Source of the DNA: Heteronotia binoei
Taxonomy: Eukaryota
Assembly (NCBI RefSeq): GCF_032191835.1
Contig: NC_083223.1
Coordinates: 138,322,001 to 138,386,000, forward strand
Direction: 5' to 3'
DNA: 64,000 nt
The position numbers were made by a program, and so were the translations under genes. This document shows, one piece after another, positions 23,479 through 37,600 of the stretch (within the stretch, counting starts at the first letter, position 1; the number at the start of each line of letters is the position of its first letter). The notes beneath the pieces are model-generated. The model did no database searches. It was not told where the DNA came from and worked only from the letters and a program-made list of their open reading frames with translations.

Positions 23479-25149
23479 CTACTGCATAAATTAATTTGCT
23501 CTTGGGCTACTCTTCCTGAGCTAAGAGAAAAATGTGCGAACCAGAAACCACAAATCTGTGAGCTAGTTCTGCTTAGCGGGAACACTGCTGAGCGTATAAA
23601 ATTTAGAGAAATGGATTCAGGACACCACTTCCCAGTCCTTTAAGTTTTCCAGTTGCCCATTAATCTTTGGTTGTAAAACGTCATCCACTCCAAATATTTT
23701 TATTATTTGAACTTGTAGTCATTAGTCTAGGATTGTGAACGTGCGCTGATGTATGTAACCTGCCCCCCCCCCCCCCCATTACACTGTGTGTATTTGTCTG
23801 TTTGGCCAATTTTGTATGGGAACTTCAAACAATCTGAAGATCCTTGAATAGATATGCCACAATGTATTTTGTTCTAGATAACATGGGAAGAATCAAAGCC
23901 TGTCTTCTAACCTCTGTATTTCTCATTACTGGAGTTATAAAGTTTTGGACCTTACAATTAGTTGAGACAGAAATAAAATAAGCTGCATGTTTGGAAATTG
24001 CTCAAAAAGTTCAACAATAAAGTTATAATGTATTAGTATAATACATACAATATTTTGTCTTGGACTGATTAAATTATAGGACTGATCAAATTTAACAGGA
24101 AGAGAAAGTTATGTAGCACATGTATGCATTTTAAAAAATATATTTGTTTCACTAGTGTATTTTCTGCTGATTTTTTTTTGTCAAAAAGAGGCCAAGAAAC
24201 AGAAGGATAGCACAAGAGCTTTGCTTAGTGTTATAGGAGGCTTTTAAAATGGATTCCCATCTGTTAGGCCTGTGTACTGACAAAGCTTGTAACAGCTGGC
24301 TTGGCTCTCTGTTAATCCATCCATTCCATCTACAGATCAGAAGGTGGCCTGTTTCTTCTCAGAGACCTCTGGACCTGGGAGACTAGCCTGAGTCTCACCG
24401 TGTTCCCAGTGGATCTACAAACAAGTATAATTATATGGCGCAAGTGCTAGTAACTTGAGTACATTGGGGATGACAATTGCAAAGTATTATGTGGCACATC
24501 AAACCAGTAATCCCATCCTGGAAGCAGCTAGTTGCACTTTAGTCAGGGCAGTGTTTTTACCAAGAAGATATTGGCTAAGGCTAAGATAAATATCTAATGT
24601 CCGGCAAGGAAATGGAAAACTAATTCTGAAAACATTTTTGTGACTTTTGCATAGAATGTCAGTGGTGCAACATTTATTTTATGTGTTCTAAACCTTCAAA
24701 GCATGTATTTTGGAAAAACGCAAATTATTTCAGCATCTTGCATCCCTTGAATTTGTTCATGATGAAATTTATACCAATCTAATAAAAATGTTTTTTTCCA
24801 GAATCCATGTTCCTTTAAATTTATAATACATGTTATAAGAAATGTTGATGTTTTAAGGAGAATATTATTTTTATATAAATTTCATCTGCCTTAAAGTGGG
24901 CCATAAATAAATAGCTCAATAAATAAATAAATATTAATTTATTTATTTGTCGAACAGCACCTCAGGGCAATTAATCAAGCCTGCTAAAGACAGTAAAATA
25001 ATAGATTGTCATAGATTGTAAAATGTCAGCAGCCTGTGCTCGTAACCTGCATATTAACCATCACTGAGCCTAGGATTCATCAAAGACCTTATATTGCTTG
25101 CAGCATTTGATCAACATATATAAGCTCTATCAAAGTAGAGCTGGTCTTT

Positions 25150-27203
25150 TATCATCATCAGCAGCAGCAGCAGCCTTTATTGGCATAAAAGAAATCAGTA
25201 GTACAGAATAAAAACTTACCAAATTATATAGAATAAAAATTACCCATAAAATACAAAAGGTACAGTTAAAAATTAGAAACATTGTTATCAATTAAAACTA
25301 TGGCTACAAAATTCTTTGGCGTATCATGGTGGCCAAAAAGATGAACTTGGCTACTATTTCAGTGTCTTTCAGGGAGTAACCACTCAGGAGCCTACAGACT
25401 TTTAAGGCATCCGAACAGCCTCCTGATTTCTCCAAAATGGGACACAGTAGTGAGTTACGAAGCTGTGAATATAACAAACAGTGGAACAAAACATGAGGGA
25501 CTGTTTCAACAGATGTATGCGCACAAGGACAGAATCTAAGAGAGTAGGTCGTCTTGTTAAACCTGCCAAGAAGTATGGCAGAGGGCAGAGCATTACATCT
25601 AGCAAAAGAAGATATTGAAGAAGAAGATACTGGATTTATATCCCGCTCTCCACTCTGAAAAGTCTCAGAGCGGCTCACAATCTCCTTTACCTTCCTCCCC
25701 CACAACAGACACCCTGTGAGGTGGGTGGGGCTGGAGAGGGGTCTCACAGCAGCTGCCCTTTCAAGGACAACCTCTGCCAGAGCTATGGCTGACCCAAGGC
25801 CATTCCAGCAGCTGCAAGTGGAGGAGTGGGGAGAAAAGCTCTTTGGTGCTGGGATGTCAACAAAAGGGAAAAGTATGAAGCCATTTTCCCCATGGTGAGA
25901 GGAATCTCAAAGCACACTGGAGAACAAGTTTTATTGGCCAGACTGTATAATACCTGGCATTCTATGTCCAAAAGTCTACTTTTAATTTGGTAAAATGCTG
26001 CCGAAAACGACAGCATGGACAATGATTCCAGGGATAGGCCCAAAGACTTGATTTTCCCTGCAATATACTCAGACCAGATGGACAATTTATATTCAGAGAG
26101 CATATGATGGGACAAGCTCTCAGGTTCAGAGAAATAATGAAGACGGAGCCAGAGGTTGACAGTAGCAAGCCAAGCTCTGGTCGTCAATAGAGACATGCCA
26201 GTTTCCAGGCATATTACTGTGTAGGGAATGCTGTTTGGCCAGCCTAAGACTTTCCGCAGGAATTTTGATTGGATCTGTAAAATGGATTGATCAAAAGCAC
26301 GGATCCAGATTGGGATGCCATAAAGTAATTGTGGAATCACTTTAGTCTTAAAGATCTTTATGGCTGCTGGCACAAATTGATTGCCTCTACCATAAAAAAA
26401 CTGTGTTATGACTGACACGCTAACGTTGGCAATTTTCATAGCATAAGTTATGATGTGCAGACCAAGATGCATTATTCTGGAAATTAATGACTAAATATTT
26501 AAGATGCTTAAGTTGTTCTATCCTTTTCCCCACAACGGACCAGCTAAAGGAACTCCTTCTCTTGGAGAAGGCTACAATTTTAGATTTCTCATAGTTCAGC
26601 TGGAGCTTATTGTTGCGAGGAAAGCTGCACATCGAGACAACTGCCTTAGATCTACTCTAGAACAGGATTAAAGCACAGTATCATCCACATAAAGTAATAA
26701 AGGGACGTGGATTGCTCCAAGTTTAGGGCTGTGACAGTCTGAGTCTGTTAGGTGCATAGCTAGGTCATTAAGAAAGATGTTGAACAAGGAGGGAGCAAAA
26801 ATGCAAGCTTGCTTGATGCCTTTCTCAATGGGAATCTCGGAGGTTAGCTGACCAGCCAGGGAACATTTGATCTGGCAAGTATTAGAAGTGTAAAGTTTTT
26901 TGATAATTAAAAGAAGTCTTTTATCAATATTAAGCTGAGTGAGTTTGGGCCATAGGAGGTTCCTATCTACTGGATCAAAAGCCCCCTTTAAGTCTAAAAA
27001 AGCAGCATTTAATTCCTGTTTAGCCCTTACAGTATATTTGGCTATTAGATGGGATAATTCAGCACAATGGTCCAGGGTGGACTTTCCTTTGCAGAACCCT
27101 ATCTGTTGAGGTCCTAAGATTTTATGTTGTGACATCCACAAAGTGATTTTGTCCAGAAGCTGTTTGACATATAGCTTGCTTATAGCAGAAAGCAAGCTTA
27201 TGA
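25150..27203 (-). mobile_element. LINE with C-terminal zinc finger (RTE-X-like, clade tentative), 5'-truncated
   Basis: RT: QIGFCKGKSTLDH...AFLDLKGAFD...KGIKQACIFAPSLFN...LLYVDDTVL. C-terminal FCPC...ETVPHVLFHC..Y..LR. 3' end AATAAAGG + (CTG)n(ATG)n. Confidence 0.85.
25608..25831 (-). mobile_element. Squam3-like SINE nested in the LINE (head truncated)
   Basis: Same body and tail as the 4793 and 46063 copies. It interrupts the LINE frame. Confidence 0.85.
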
Positions 27204-27466
27204 GTCTGAAGTTATTCGGATTTTGAGCTGGTCTTCTAATTAATTCCTACTGAAAACATTGGGAAAATTAACTGAGACTGTCTCAGTTCCTAGGACTTAT
27301 TCATAACTAACTTTAATGGCATCAGGGCCACTGATTACATTCTAGTTCCTTTCTAAGCTTATTTAAATCTTTCCTGTAAAGTACTCCATAAAGTATGATT
27401 ATATTCTCAATTTGTGTCCTGTTCTTCCTTCATTTTAACCTCCAGTAATTCCTGTGAGATAATTAT

Positions 27467-28418
27467 ATTGGGAGATAGTGTGAGTGCTTTCACATGTAAT
27501 GGTAAACAATGCTGTGAAATTCTCAGGCTCATCTCCCACTATCGAAGTCCATGTTCCTAGTGCAGCAGAATCAGAGATAAGGGAGGTGAAGGGCTAAGTT
27601 TCCACTGGAATGGACAGCTTGAGTGACAGGCTGCTCCTCATTTCTGATTGGCCACCACCAGCTGAGAAAAACTATGTGATCAGCCAAGTGCTGAAGAGAG
27701 TTGAGTTCAGTTCATTCCATTCTAGAGGTTATGTCTGTTGGAACCATTCTGAAGGCAGTCAGTTGGTTTTGGGCAGGGTTTGAAGTCAGTGAGTCTGGCA
27801 CCTTTAAGTAAAGGAAAAAGACCCCTTTGCCTTAACTATAGTGTTCCTATCCCAAGGATGAATCCATTAACAGAATTCAAAGTCTTAAGTGTCAGGCTAA
27901 GCTGAAGTACACTTTACATGGAAACCAGAACTGGGATGGTGATTTGGCAAGAGTGATTGGGTAGTGTGCTGAAATTCCCTTTTAAGCCAAAATGAACAGG
28001 GAGAAGATTAATTCCTGCCCAGTTTCTCTGAGGGTTTGGCATCGAAGAGATCTGATGTGAAGGGAAAATGGCTTTAGACAACACAGGGGGACAGAAATAA
28101 ACTATAGTTTCAAGAGAGTGCGGTGCTCAGAGGCCCACTCCAAGAAAACTACATTGTCATAGAAAACTCTCTGAAGAAACTTTGTTGCTGTAACTAAAAT
28201 ACAAAATGAAACATTTCTCACTATTAAGAGCCTAGAATATATGCAAACAAGCTTCAAGATAAATATTTTGCCTGTTAAAGAAGTGTAGCTTGAAATACCA
28301 ACAAGTTTTACCTCAACTTTTCCACCCCCTGACTACACCTATTATCCCCTGCCTGTTAGATAAATTTTAAGATTTCTGTTAAGATTTTAAGATGGTCTAC
28401 TGTACCATCTCAAGTGCC
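27467..28418 (+). repeat. Source copy of a ~0.93-kb locally duplicated segment
   Basis: Aligns co-linearly with 40113-41038, with scattered substitutions and small indels (e.g. 19 bp ttttgggcagggtttgaag absent in the copy). Confidence 0.95.
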
Positions 28419-28981
28419 ATTTCAATGGGTAAAACAAGAGGGCTCCTTTTCCCCCCATCAATTTCCCGGGCTGGGCTAAAAGCCTAATTATATTATGTGT
28501 AACAGGATGGTACAAACAGACTATCACAAACGTGCTACTTGGGCTGTTTAGTCACAGCAGTGAACAAAACCTTTGGCAGGAAAATCTGCCTTGCAGGGGG
28601 GGAGTGACAGGTTTGTAGCTCATAAATTCATGATTTCAGCATTTACAACAAACCATATCTTGTTAAAATCACAAGATGTAGTTTGTTTCTTGCCTCTAAG
28701 CAAGGAATCCAAATCCATTCAAGCTGGAGAAGTCTTGTTCTCATAACATAATGTTGTTTGTTGATTCATAAAGGTGCAACCATTGACTTGCTGTAGTTCA
28801 GGTATGTGAATTTAGAGCAACAGTAAAGGGAGGGGGATGAGCCACACAAAAATCTATGGGCCCTGGTTACTTAGGGGGTCCATAGAGCAAAGCAAACAAT
28901 GTGGAAGGATTGGTAGGTTATAGGGGAAAAGGTAGAAATTTGAAGTGTGTAGTTTGTTTTTGCTATTATAGGACACACAAC

Positions 28982-29729
28982 TGTCACGACTTCACTTTTA
29001 CTTTGTTTGTAATGCTTCCACTAGGAATTTAATTCCAAACACTTCAGTTAATGTTCCCAAATGAATTTGTGCCCAAGCTCAATTTGTGCCCAAGCTCTGT
29101 TTGGACTATGTGACCCTGAGGATGAGACTCTTATATTTTAAAATCACAGGACTCCAGAATAATATAAAGCAAAATAAAATTTTATTTGTACAATAAGCAT
29201 ATCGGTTTCAAGATGTTTATAGCTTAATTCTTCAATGAATAATAATAACTTCTGACTGATGTGTCACTCTTTAACTTCACACACTCCACACTCTCAAATC
29301 CTTCTTTCTCTTCCTAACTCAACTTTCTGACACCTTCTTTCTCTCACCTTCTTATAGTACTCTAGCAATATTAGGTTTTGACTCTCTAGCCACTAATACA
29401 TCCTCTAAAGTATTCTACTTTTCTTCCCTAGAATCTTAATGCCTTTCACAGCACTAGTACAGGATTCTAATCAGAAGACTGCTTCTCAGACCTTGTAGGC
29501 TGCTGACTGACCATGACTATTAACTGCTGTCACTCTGCTGAGAGTTAACTGCTGACCTCCCTTCCTCTCTCTCCTCCCCATGCTCTCCCCATACACATGC
29601 TTCTTTGCTCCACCCACACTCTCAGTCACCAACAATCAACTCACTCATTCCCCCACTTTCATCCCCCTTTCTCTACTGCAATTTACCAACAATTAAAGGA
29701 ATACACATATCTAAATTCTAATCATTACA
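28982..29729 (-). mobile_element. Possible solo LTR
   Basis: TGT...ACA ends, AATAAA on the - strand near 29180, and a CT-rich composition distinct from the flanks. No convincing TSD. Confidence 0.4.
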
Positions 29730-30229
29730 ATGACATTCACATATGTATTCAAAAATAGGGATTATGTGGAAAGAGTTTAAAAATTGCTTTTGTAGTAGAA
29801 TATGGTAGGTAAAGAGGGTTGTTGGAAAAGGTGATGACAACTACCATTTATAGAGACCAGGTCACGAAAAGGGTCTTAACTGTAGTAATTGTGAATAGGG
29901 AGCATATTGATTTATAAGTTATTCAGGAGAAGCAGCAGAATAACCTGTTTATTCTTTTTAAACAGTGTGTAGCATTATAAACTAATTTCATTTTATTTTT
30001 AACTTCACACTCAGAATTACAAATACTGGTGTACTGAGAAGTGAATGATCTAAAGTTGAAGAAAAGAGAACATGTAGTTCTTGCCTGTCACAACCAGATC
30101 AGAAATAGATTCTGAAGTTTTATATTAATTGATTGACAAAACTCTTGCATTTCATTACTGTTGCTACATAGGTTACTTTTTCAAACTGACAGGCAATACT
30201 GGCGTGGTTGTCATTGCTGCACTGCAAAT

Positions 30230-30870
30230 ATTTACTCTGGTTTCACCACACCTGAAAAAAGGATACTGTAGAGCTTGAATAGGTACAGATAAGAGCAACC
30301 AAAATAATTATGGTGCCACGGCAGCTCCCCTGTGAGGATCAGTTAAAACATTTAGGACTGTTTAGTCTAAGGGAAAAAGGCAAGTAAGGGGAGACATGAT
30401 GTAGAAGTTTATAAAATTATGCATGGCACTGAGAGAGTGGGCAGGGAGAAACTTTTCTTCATCGCCTATAATACTAGAACTCAGAGTCATCCACTGAAGC
30501 TGAAGGTGGGAGGGGAGGGGAGATTCAGGATAGACAAAGGAAAGCATTTCTCCACACAGGATGTAGTTAATTTGTGAAACTTGCTTCCACAAAATTTGGT
30601 CATGGCCCCCAACTTCAAAAGCTTTACAAAGGGAGTGGACAAAATCATGGTGGATTGGGCTATCTATGGCTACTAATCATGATGGATATCTACTCCCTCT
30701 ATACCAGAGGTAGTATGCATCTTTAAATCAGTTGCTGCAGAGCACAGGCAGAATGATGTTTTTGCAGTCTTCTTGATTGTGTGCTTCCAAGTTGTAGTGA
30801 GTGGCTACTGTGTGAACAGAATGCTGGACTAGATGGGTCTTTGGTCTGATCCTGCATGGCTCTTATGTTG
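30230..30870 (+). mobile_element. Old CR1 3' fragment
   Basis: Degenerate WSPHLKKD..ELE.VQ.RATK-like coding sequence and 3' end ...ggactagatggg...atgttgtatgt. Confidence 0.75.
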
Positions 30871-31667
30871 TATGTATGTACAGGGCCTGTAAGATGGAGC
30901 TCTTCTGCCAGGTTTTTAATTAATCCAGTGGGCATCCTTTGAAAGTCATCACTTCCCCCAGCATATCACCATTAGCCATCATCCACATGCTATTTACCAC
31001 CTATGTCTGTAAGTTTGTTTACTGTGCTGCTCCTGTTTCATAATGTCTGTTTTTATGATATTATTTTAACTCTGTTGTTTTATTGTTGTAAACCACCCTG
31101 AGCCCGCTTATGGGATATTACATTTTGTGGGATATTACATATTCATATATTGTAATATTACAGTATTACAGTATTGCATATTCATAGGAATTTGATTTTA
31201 GTGAGCTTCATACCTCCATAAGAATATGAGCCTTGGTCTCCCTTGTCATCATTCAGCACTAATGTTCCACACTGTCTGTTGCTACATGTAGGATCAACGT
31301 CACAGTCTGCTATCACATTTGTGAGAAGTCCATGGTGAATTGTCAGAATGCCATGAGAATGAAACAAACTTGTTTGGAAAATGATTAAAATGTATTTTAT
31401 TTTTGGTAAGGATAGTAAATCAATAACATTGATCTTTGTTATAAAATCTAACTTCATATATGCAGTGCTATTTTAATGAATGTGTACACGAGCGTCTAAT
31501 ACTGAACACAGTTTTAAGGTCTTTTACAATGTTTTAAATATTAAAATAGTATATTTCATGCACCTGTGTCCCTGCTTGCTTACAGTATGTCCAGCAGTGC
31601 CCATACAAATTGTCATCAACACGAATTTCCTTGCCTGTGCCCATTCTGTCATACCCTCCTTCTCAAG

Positions 31668-34600
31668 ACCTTCTGTCTTTAAAGATGAAATTGGAAGAGG
31701 ACCAGCAAATTTGGCAGTGTATTTTGGTGTGCTGCCATGCCAAGGATTTTGAATTTCATGTGCTCAGCAGGGTACAGCACACTCTGGGACATATAATCCC
31801 CAAATATGCTTACTTTGAACAAAATGTACTGTTTAACATATGCACATTGCTTAAACTAAGTAAACTGCTTCTCTCACTTTTTCTGTCACCTTTTTTTTCT
31901 GTGATTTTCTGTGTAGTGCATCAAACAGGATAAATGTGTGCTCAGCCTACATCAGATTGATGGCATCAAAAATGCCTGGCTCTGATTTTCTTACCTGATA
32001 TATGATGAACTGATGATAAAGAGATTATATAGTGGTAATCTTCATGCCAATGAAAACTTCAAAAAAACACACTGTACGTTCTGGCAGTTTCTTGCAATCA
32101 TACCATTACTGTTAAATGAAATACTTCTAAAAATGTCACAAAATGCCTAGTCTGACTTGCCACTCTTCCCCCTCCCCCCCCCCCAATAAAGTTACTGTTT
32201 GAAAACATTCATGTATTGACTGAGCTAAACTACAAAACAAGCACTAGATACCCACCTCCAATGAGACATAAAGTACAATTAAAGCTTTTGTCTGTTCTCT
32301 GTGGCATATTTCCAATCGGCTTTAAGGAAAACTTGGTCTTGCTATGTATTCATGCTTGGGTTGTGAATGTGGGTGACTGATAATCTTAGCCACTAGAAAC
32401 AGCTCCTGTTCTGGGAATGGTCCTCTGTCTTGTTCCTAGAGAACTAGTAGCAGCACTACAGGGCCAAACCAGACCAGAAGCCTCTGCAAACAAAATGTTA
32501 GTAAACCAAAGAAACATGAATATTACTCAATCAAAATGAGTTCACAAACCAACTATAAAACTTGATTACCTGCTCAGGCAATATAAAAGAGTTTTGACCC
32601 CCCCCCCCCCAAAAAAAAAAGTATGGCTGCTGACCTTTCCATTAAATGCTAAGTAATTTGGTGGGCTCTGTTGAATTTCTCACTGTTCTCAACTCTGTTG
32701 ACTCTGGACACAGGAGATATCTGCATGTATTGTGCTTGCCTTGCAGCTCTGAAGCTAATAGTATAATATTGAATCAGACCATGGTAACACCTAACACAGT
32801 ATGTACTATGTTGTAGTGAGTCTCTGTAACAACACTGTCACCAGTATTTTAATTTGTGAAGTCTGATTAGAAGGAATGCAAAATTGCCATTATCCAGCCA
32901 CAGCAGGCAACTAACTGTATCTGAATTTTAAGTGGACAGATGTATTCATGGACAAAGGAATGAAGCAGATCCCCTCCACCCTTTAAATGCAGCCTTATCT
33001 CATTCACCTATGTTACCATGCTACCTTTCAGCAAAGTTAGGTGGGAAAGAACTGGGCATTATTGGTGTGTATGTACAAGAGTTTATTTCTGTTTCCAGGC
33101 CACCTCACACCAGTCTCTGTCTTGCTTCCTGCTTTGTTTCACTGTTTTGCTGGGAAGGAAAGAAAGGAAGGTACAGTTTTTAAAATCAGGGAGGCTGAGC
33201 TCAAAGATGTCTGTAAATTCTTTCTTTCGACTTGCTTTCTACCAAAACAAAACTTGTTTTGCTTTTAAAATTAACTAGTTTCACAAAATGTTATTGTATT
33301 TTACTGACTTTTTATTGTACTTTATTGAATTTTTAACTGCCTTTAAAGAAACTTTAACAAATTTCTTAACAACCTTCTTGTGAGCCTCGCCCCCTGCTGG
33401 CCGCGCGCCGCAGGGGGTCCGTGGCCAGGGGAGGGGAGGCAAAAGGGGCTTTTGTGGCCTCAGAAAATAGAGGGGGGTGGGCATTCCTTCATGCCACTGC
33501 CGCCTCCACAGAGGCAGGCACTCTCACTCTCTTTCTGCATTTGCCTGTAACTTCCCCACACTCTCTCCTCCCTGACGATCAGCGTTAATCCCTTTTTTAT
33601 TCCCCTCACACCTCCGTGCCCCAGCTCTCCACCCCCTTCCAGCCTGGTGTTCCCCCACTGGCCAATGCCTCCTTCCAGCTGAGCTCCCTCCTTCCTGAGT
33701 GGGTCCAGGGTGAGACCGCCCTTCAGGGAAGCTGTAGGGTGGGGCATGCCTGCTCTAGCAGGTGCATTCGATTCAGCGGCCTTCCTAGGTTTGCCCGCTG
33801 CCTCCTGCGCCTCTGGTGGCTCTGGGGTTTCCGGTCCAACCTGGCCCTGCTGCGGCCACGTCGGGCCATTGGGAACGGACGATTGCCTGGGGCCGGCTCC
33901 ACGGTGGGGTCTCGGGCACCCAACAAGCGGCTTCGACCGGCCCCCAAGTTGCCCAGCAGTAGCAGCACAGGTAGGCAGGCTTGGGAGCCCCGGGAGTCGA
34001 GCTGCCAGTGGTCCATCCATGTCACGGCCACTCCCTGTTGCCGGCGCCAGAGCGGGGCGAGGCCAAGCCACCATGGGCCCAGGCAAGGGTGGGGTGGGAC
34101 ACGGCAGCCTGGACACTTCTTTTCCAAATTTCAGCCATCAGCAGCTAAGATCTCTACTAGATGTTGCAACATTCACAGAGAGTATATAGGGCAGGAAGGA
34201 AGATGGGTTGATATGAGTTAAGGATGCTTACCCCATCTTGTGCCTAGTGATTCTGCCTCCATAGCCTTTACAATGATACATACATGAAATCCCTAGTATT
34301 AAAAGAACACACACATCCCTAAATCTAAAATTGTTCATGTTTCCCATGATTCTCCAGCTCATGATGCATTTCTAGTGGTGTAGTCCTGGAGTTAAGGAAG
34401 CAGCCCCATTCCTGGCCTAAAGAATGTATCTTCTCATGAGTGTCTGGGTGTTGAGAGAGTACTGTAATGTAAATACTTTTTTTCTATAAAGCTTCTTGTT
34501 TGACTTAATTTTCTATATGCAGTTGAAGTTTTGCGTGGCGGTTGATGCATGTGATTATTTCATTAGCAATGCAATATTCCCTCCACCCCACTTTTGGGTC

Positions 34601-37600
34601 CTGTTTCTGGCCATCTTCTCAGGCTGTGTTCACACTTCCATAAATGCAAATCTCTTTTTATTTCTTTTTGAGTGAACTTGTATAACTGGTCAAACTAGAT
34701 TAAAATAGAAACATAAGATTACATTTGCTGTTCCTTAACTTTGTAGATGAAATGCAGCCCTAACGATGTCTCTGTCTGGTTCAGGGTAGATTAAAGCATG
34801 TGCTTTCCTGTAGGATAAATTATGCGGAAATCTAATTCACCTTGAAGTGTCCTTTCTGTCAATTCCTTATGTCCCTGTTTTCCCCCTCCCTCCTTTTAAA
34901 GTTGTAGAGAAAAGTTCAAAGCAACAAAATTCTCTTTTCTGGCATGTGGAGTGAATGAGGAATTACAGTAAACTAAGGGGAAACATACTTCTCAAGAGTA
35001 TTAATATAGAGGTTTTCATCAAAGAGATGTGGACAGTGAATGGTTCAGCTGCAAGCTAGTTTAAGGAGCAAATGGACACCACATATATATGTTTGGAAGA
35101 GTACCCTAAAATCAGACCTTTTGAAGTATGTTGGAATTTTATGTTGTTCTTAATTATGCTTATTCAGCTTTCCCTCAGAGTTCTTAAAAAAGAGGGTGAA
35201 TGCTGGCAATGTATAAAAGTGATTAAATTAGCATTCTTTAGATTGTATTTAGATAATGATATTTACAAAACAGCTTTAAATCCTGTTGTCCACATATTAG
35301 AACATAAGAGAAGCCATGTTGGATCAGGCCAATGGCCCATCCAGTCCAACACTCTGTGTCACACAGTGGCCAAAAAACCCAAGTGCCATCAGGAGGTCCA
35401 CCAGTGGGGCCAGGATTAGAATAATCAATAGTGCATATTCTTAAATTCTGACATACAGTCATTCCATCGATTTTATTCAATTAATTTAAACTTTTAAATA
35501 ATGTTTTTTGAAAAGCTTAACATGGTTAACATAAAATCAGTATAGGATAAAACGCCTGCTAAAAATGAAATATTTGCTTATCTTCTGAAACCTTAAGGAG
35601 TATGTGAATATTTGAATGTGTCCTGGAAGTATGATTTGTGTTGGTTACTGAAAATAATTGAATTATCCTGAGCCTACAGAATAGGGTAGTTTAGAAATTC
35701 TAAAACAAATAAATCAGCGAATAACTTACTTGGTAATTGTCATGAGTAGATTGATTGGACCTGGCAATATTTAAAACCTACAAGTTTCTAAATACTTCAT
35801 TGTTTTATTTGTAATGGGTAAAAGTTTTGTAGAGAGTTGTAAGGAAACTGGACTTGACAATCTTGTGTTTGAGAGTCCTCATGCTACTTCTGCCATACTG
35901 GTTCTCAGATCAGCCGAGATATCACATCAGTTACTTTGGTGATTCTCCTAGGTGCCAATGAATATACTTCCACATGATTTGAAAAAGGACTTAAAAAAAA
36001 TTCCCTGCATCTCAGTATGTTGAGTCACTACTAATATTTTCCCCTTCATTTTTATGCAAATGTTTCATTTTTTAATTAATTTATGTTGAAACCCTGAAGA
36101 TCACCAAAGGGTCTGTCAGGGGTGGCCAAACTTGCTTAATGTAAGAGCCACACAGAATAAACATCAGAAGTCAGATNNNNNNNNNNNNNNNNNNNNNNNN
36201 NNNNNNNNNNNNNNNNNNNNNNNNNNNNNNNNNNNNNNNNNNNNNNNNNNNNNNNNNNNNNNNNNNNNNNNNNNNNNNNNNNNNNNNNNNNNNNNNNNNN
36301 NNNNNNNNNNNNNNNNNNNNNNNNNNNNNNNNNNNNNNGGAAAGAAAGCAACTTTAACTTTAAATGCATTCTCTGAGCCGCTGGCTGATTTGGCTTGGAG
36401 AAGTGATTTAAGAGATAAATGCCTTTTCCAAGCCAGCTGATGGGGTGGTGAAGTCTTCAAGATCCACACAATATATGTGGAAGAGCCACATGTGGCTCCC
36501 AAGCCATAGTTTGTCCTGGTCTAAGTAATACTGGTTACCAGAATATTCATAAAATGAACAGGAAGTGAATTCACCTTTAAACAGGGGTCATTTTGTAGAA
36601 AAATAGGTGGTAGAGCTCATCCAGGGATTGTTATGCAGCTGTACAATACTATTCAGTGGACAAGGAGGTGGAACTCACAGGAGGAAGTGGAACTCTCAGA
36701 AAGGTTCAGGAGCTGTGCTCCTGTGAGCTCCCACTGAATCTGAGGCCTGCCTTTAAAGATTAAAACATGCCTTTTTATTAACACCCATATTATATGTAGC
36801 AATAGGAAAAATGTGATCTGTTTTGACTGCAGCCTTTCATGGAGATAGATGTTCTTTTTCTTTTGCCACTCTATTTTACTGTTGAAGCATCTGGCTTAAA
36901 AGAGGTTAGCTGAATGTCTGTGGGGGGGACTTAAAATGGTCTTTGTTGAAATTCTTTGAAAAGTGCTAATAACAGTGGTTTCTGACAATTGCAAAATGGG
37001 ATCTCACCAATTTTAGTAAAATAGTGACACTAGACCAACAGAACTTATTTTTGAAATAGTGTTTCAGTTTGAACTGAGTTGAAGAAACAGTTTTTCACCT
37101 TTTTGTAAATGATAGACAGCTGCTAGATGGGGTAATGATCTGTCTTCTTCTCTGATACCTCATTTTATCAGTCCAAGGCTTTTCACTGAGTCAGATCTAT
37201 TGATTAGCATTAGTCTGCTTTCCAGGAAACTCACTTTGCATTGAATGTCACATGCTAAGTGTGCTAAATGTATGTCAAGAGAAGGCTTGAACCTATTGAA
37301 TACTGCCTGGTAAATTATATGTTTGCTGAGTGTTTAGTAAGTGTAATAGGTCTGCAGACCCAAAATGTTAACTGAGGTCATCTTTCTCTTGAGTGGTGGA
37401 GAGGAAATGATGCATTCATTAGAAGATAAGATAGATCTCAAACTTACCTGTGCATTTTAGATTGCAAACCCATGGCATATCTAATAACGTGCAGTACTAA
37501 TGTGTGGAAATGGAGTCATTTCTATTCTATAATAACCAAGGAGAATAGTAAAAACAGGAATGAACAATAAAGAACTCTTACTTCACTTTCACAAATATGG

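Noticed and set aside
33460-34221. 200+ aa ORFs in several frames
   Set aside because: An expected artefact of high GC content, with a Pro/Gly/Ala/Arg-rich translation and no homology recognised.
36132-36502. ORFs spanning N runs (also 47660-48166)
   Set aside because: Artefacts of translating through assembly gaps.
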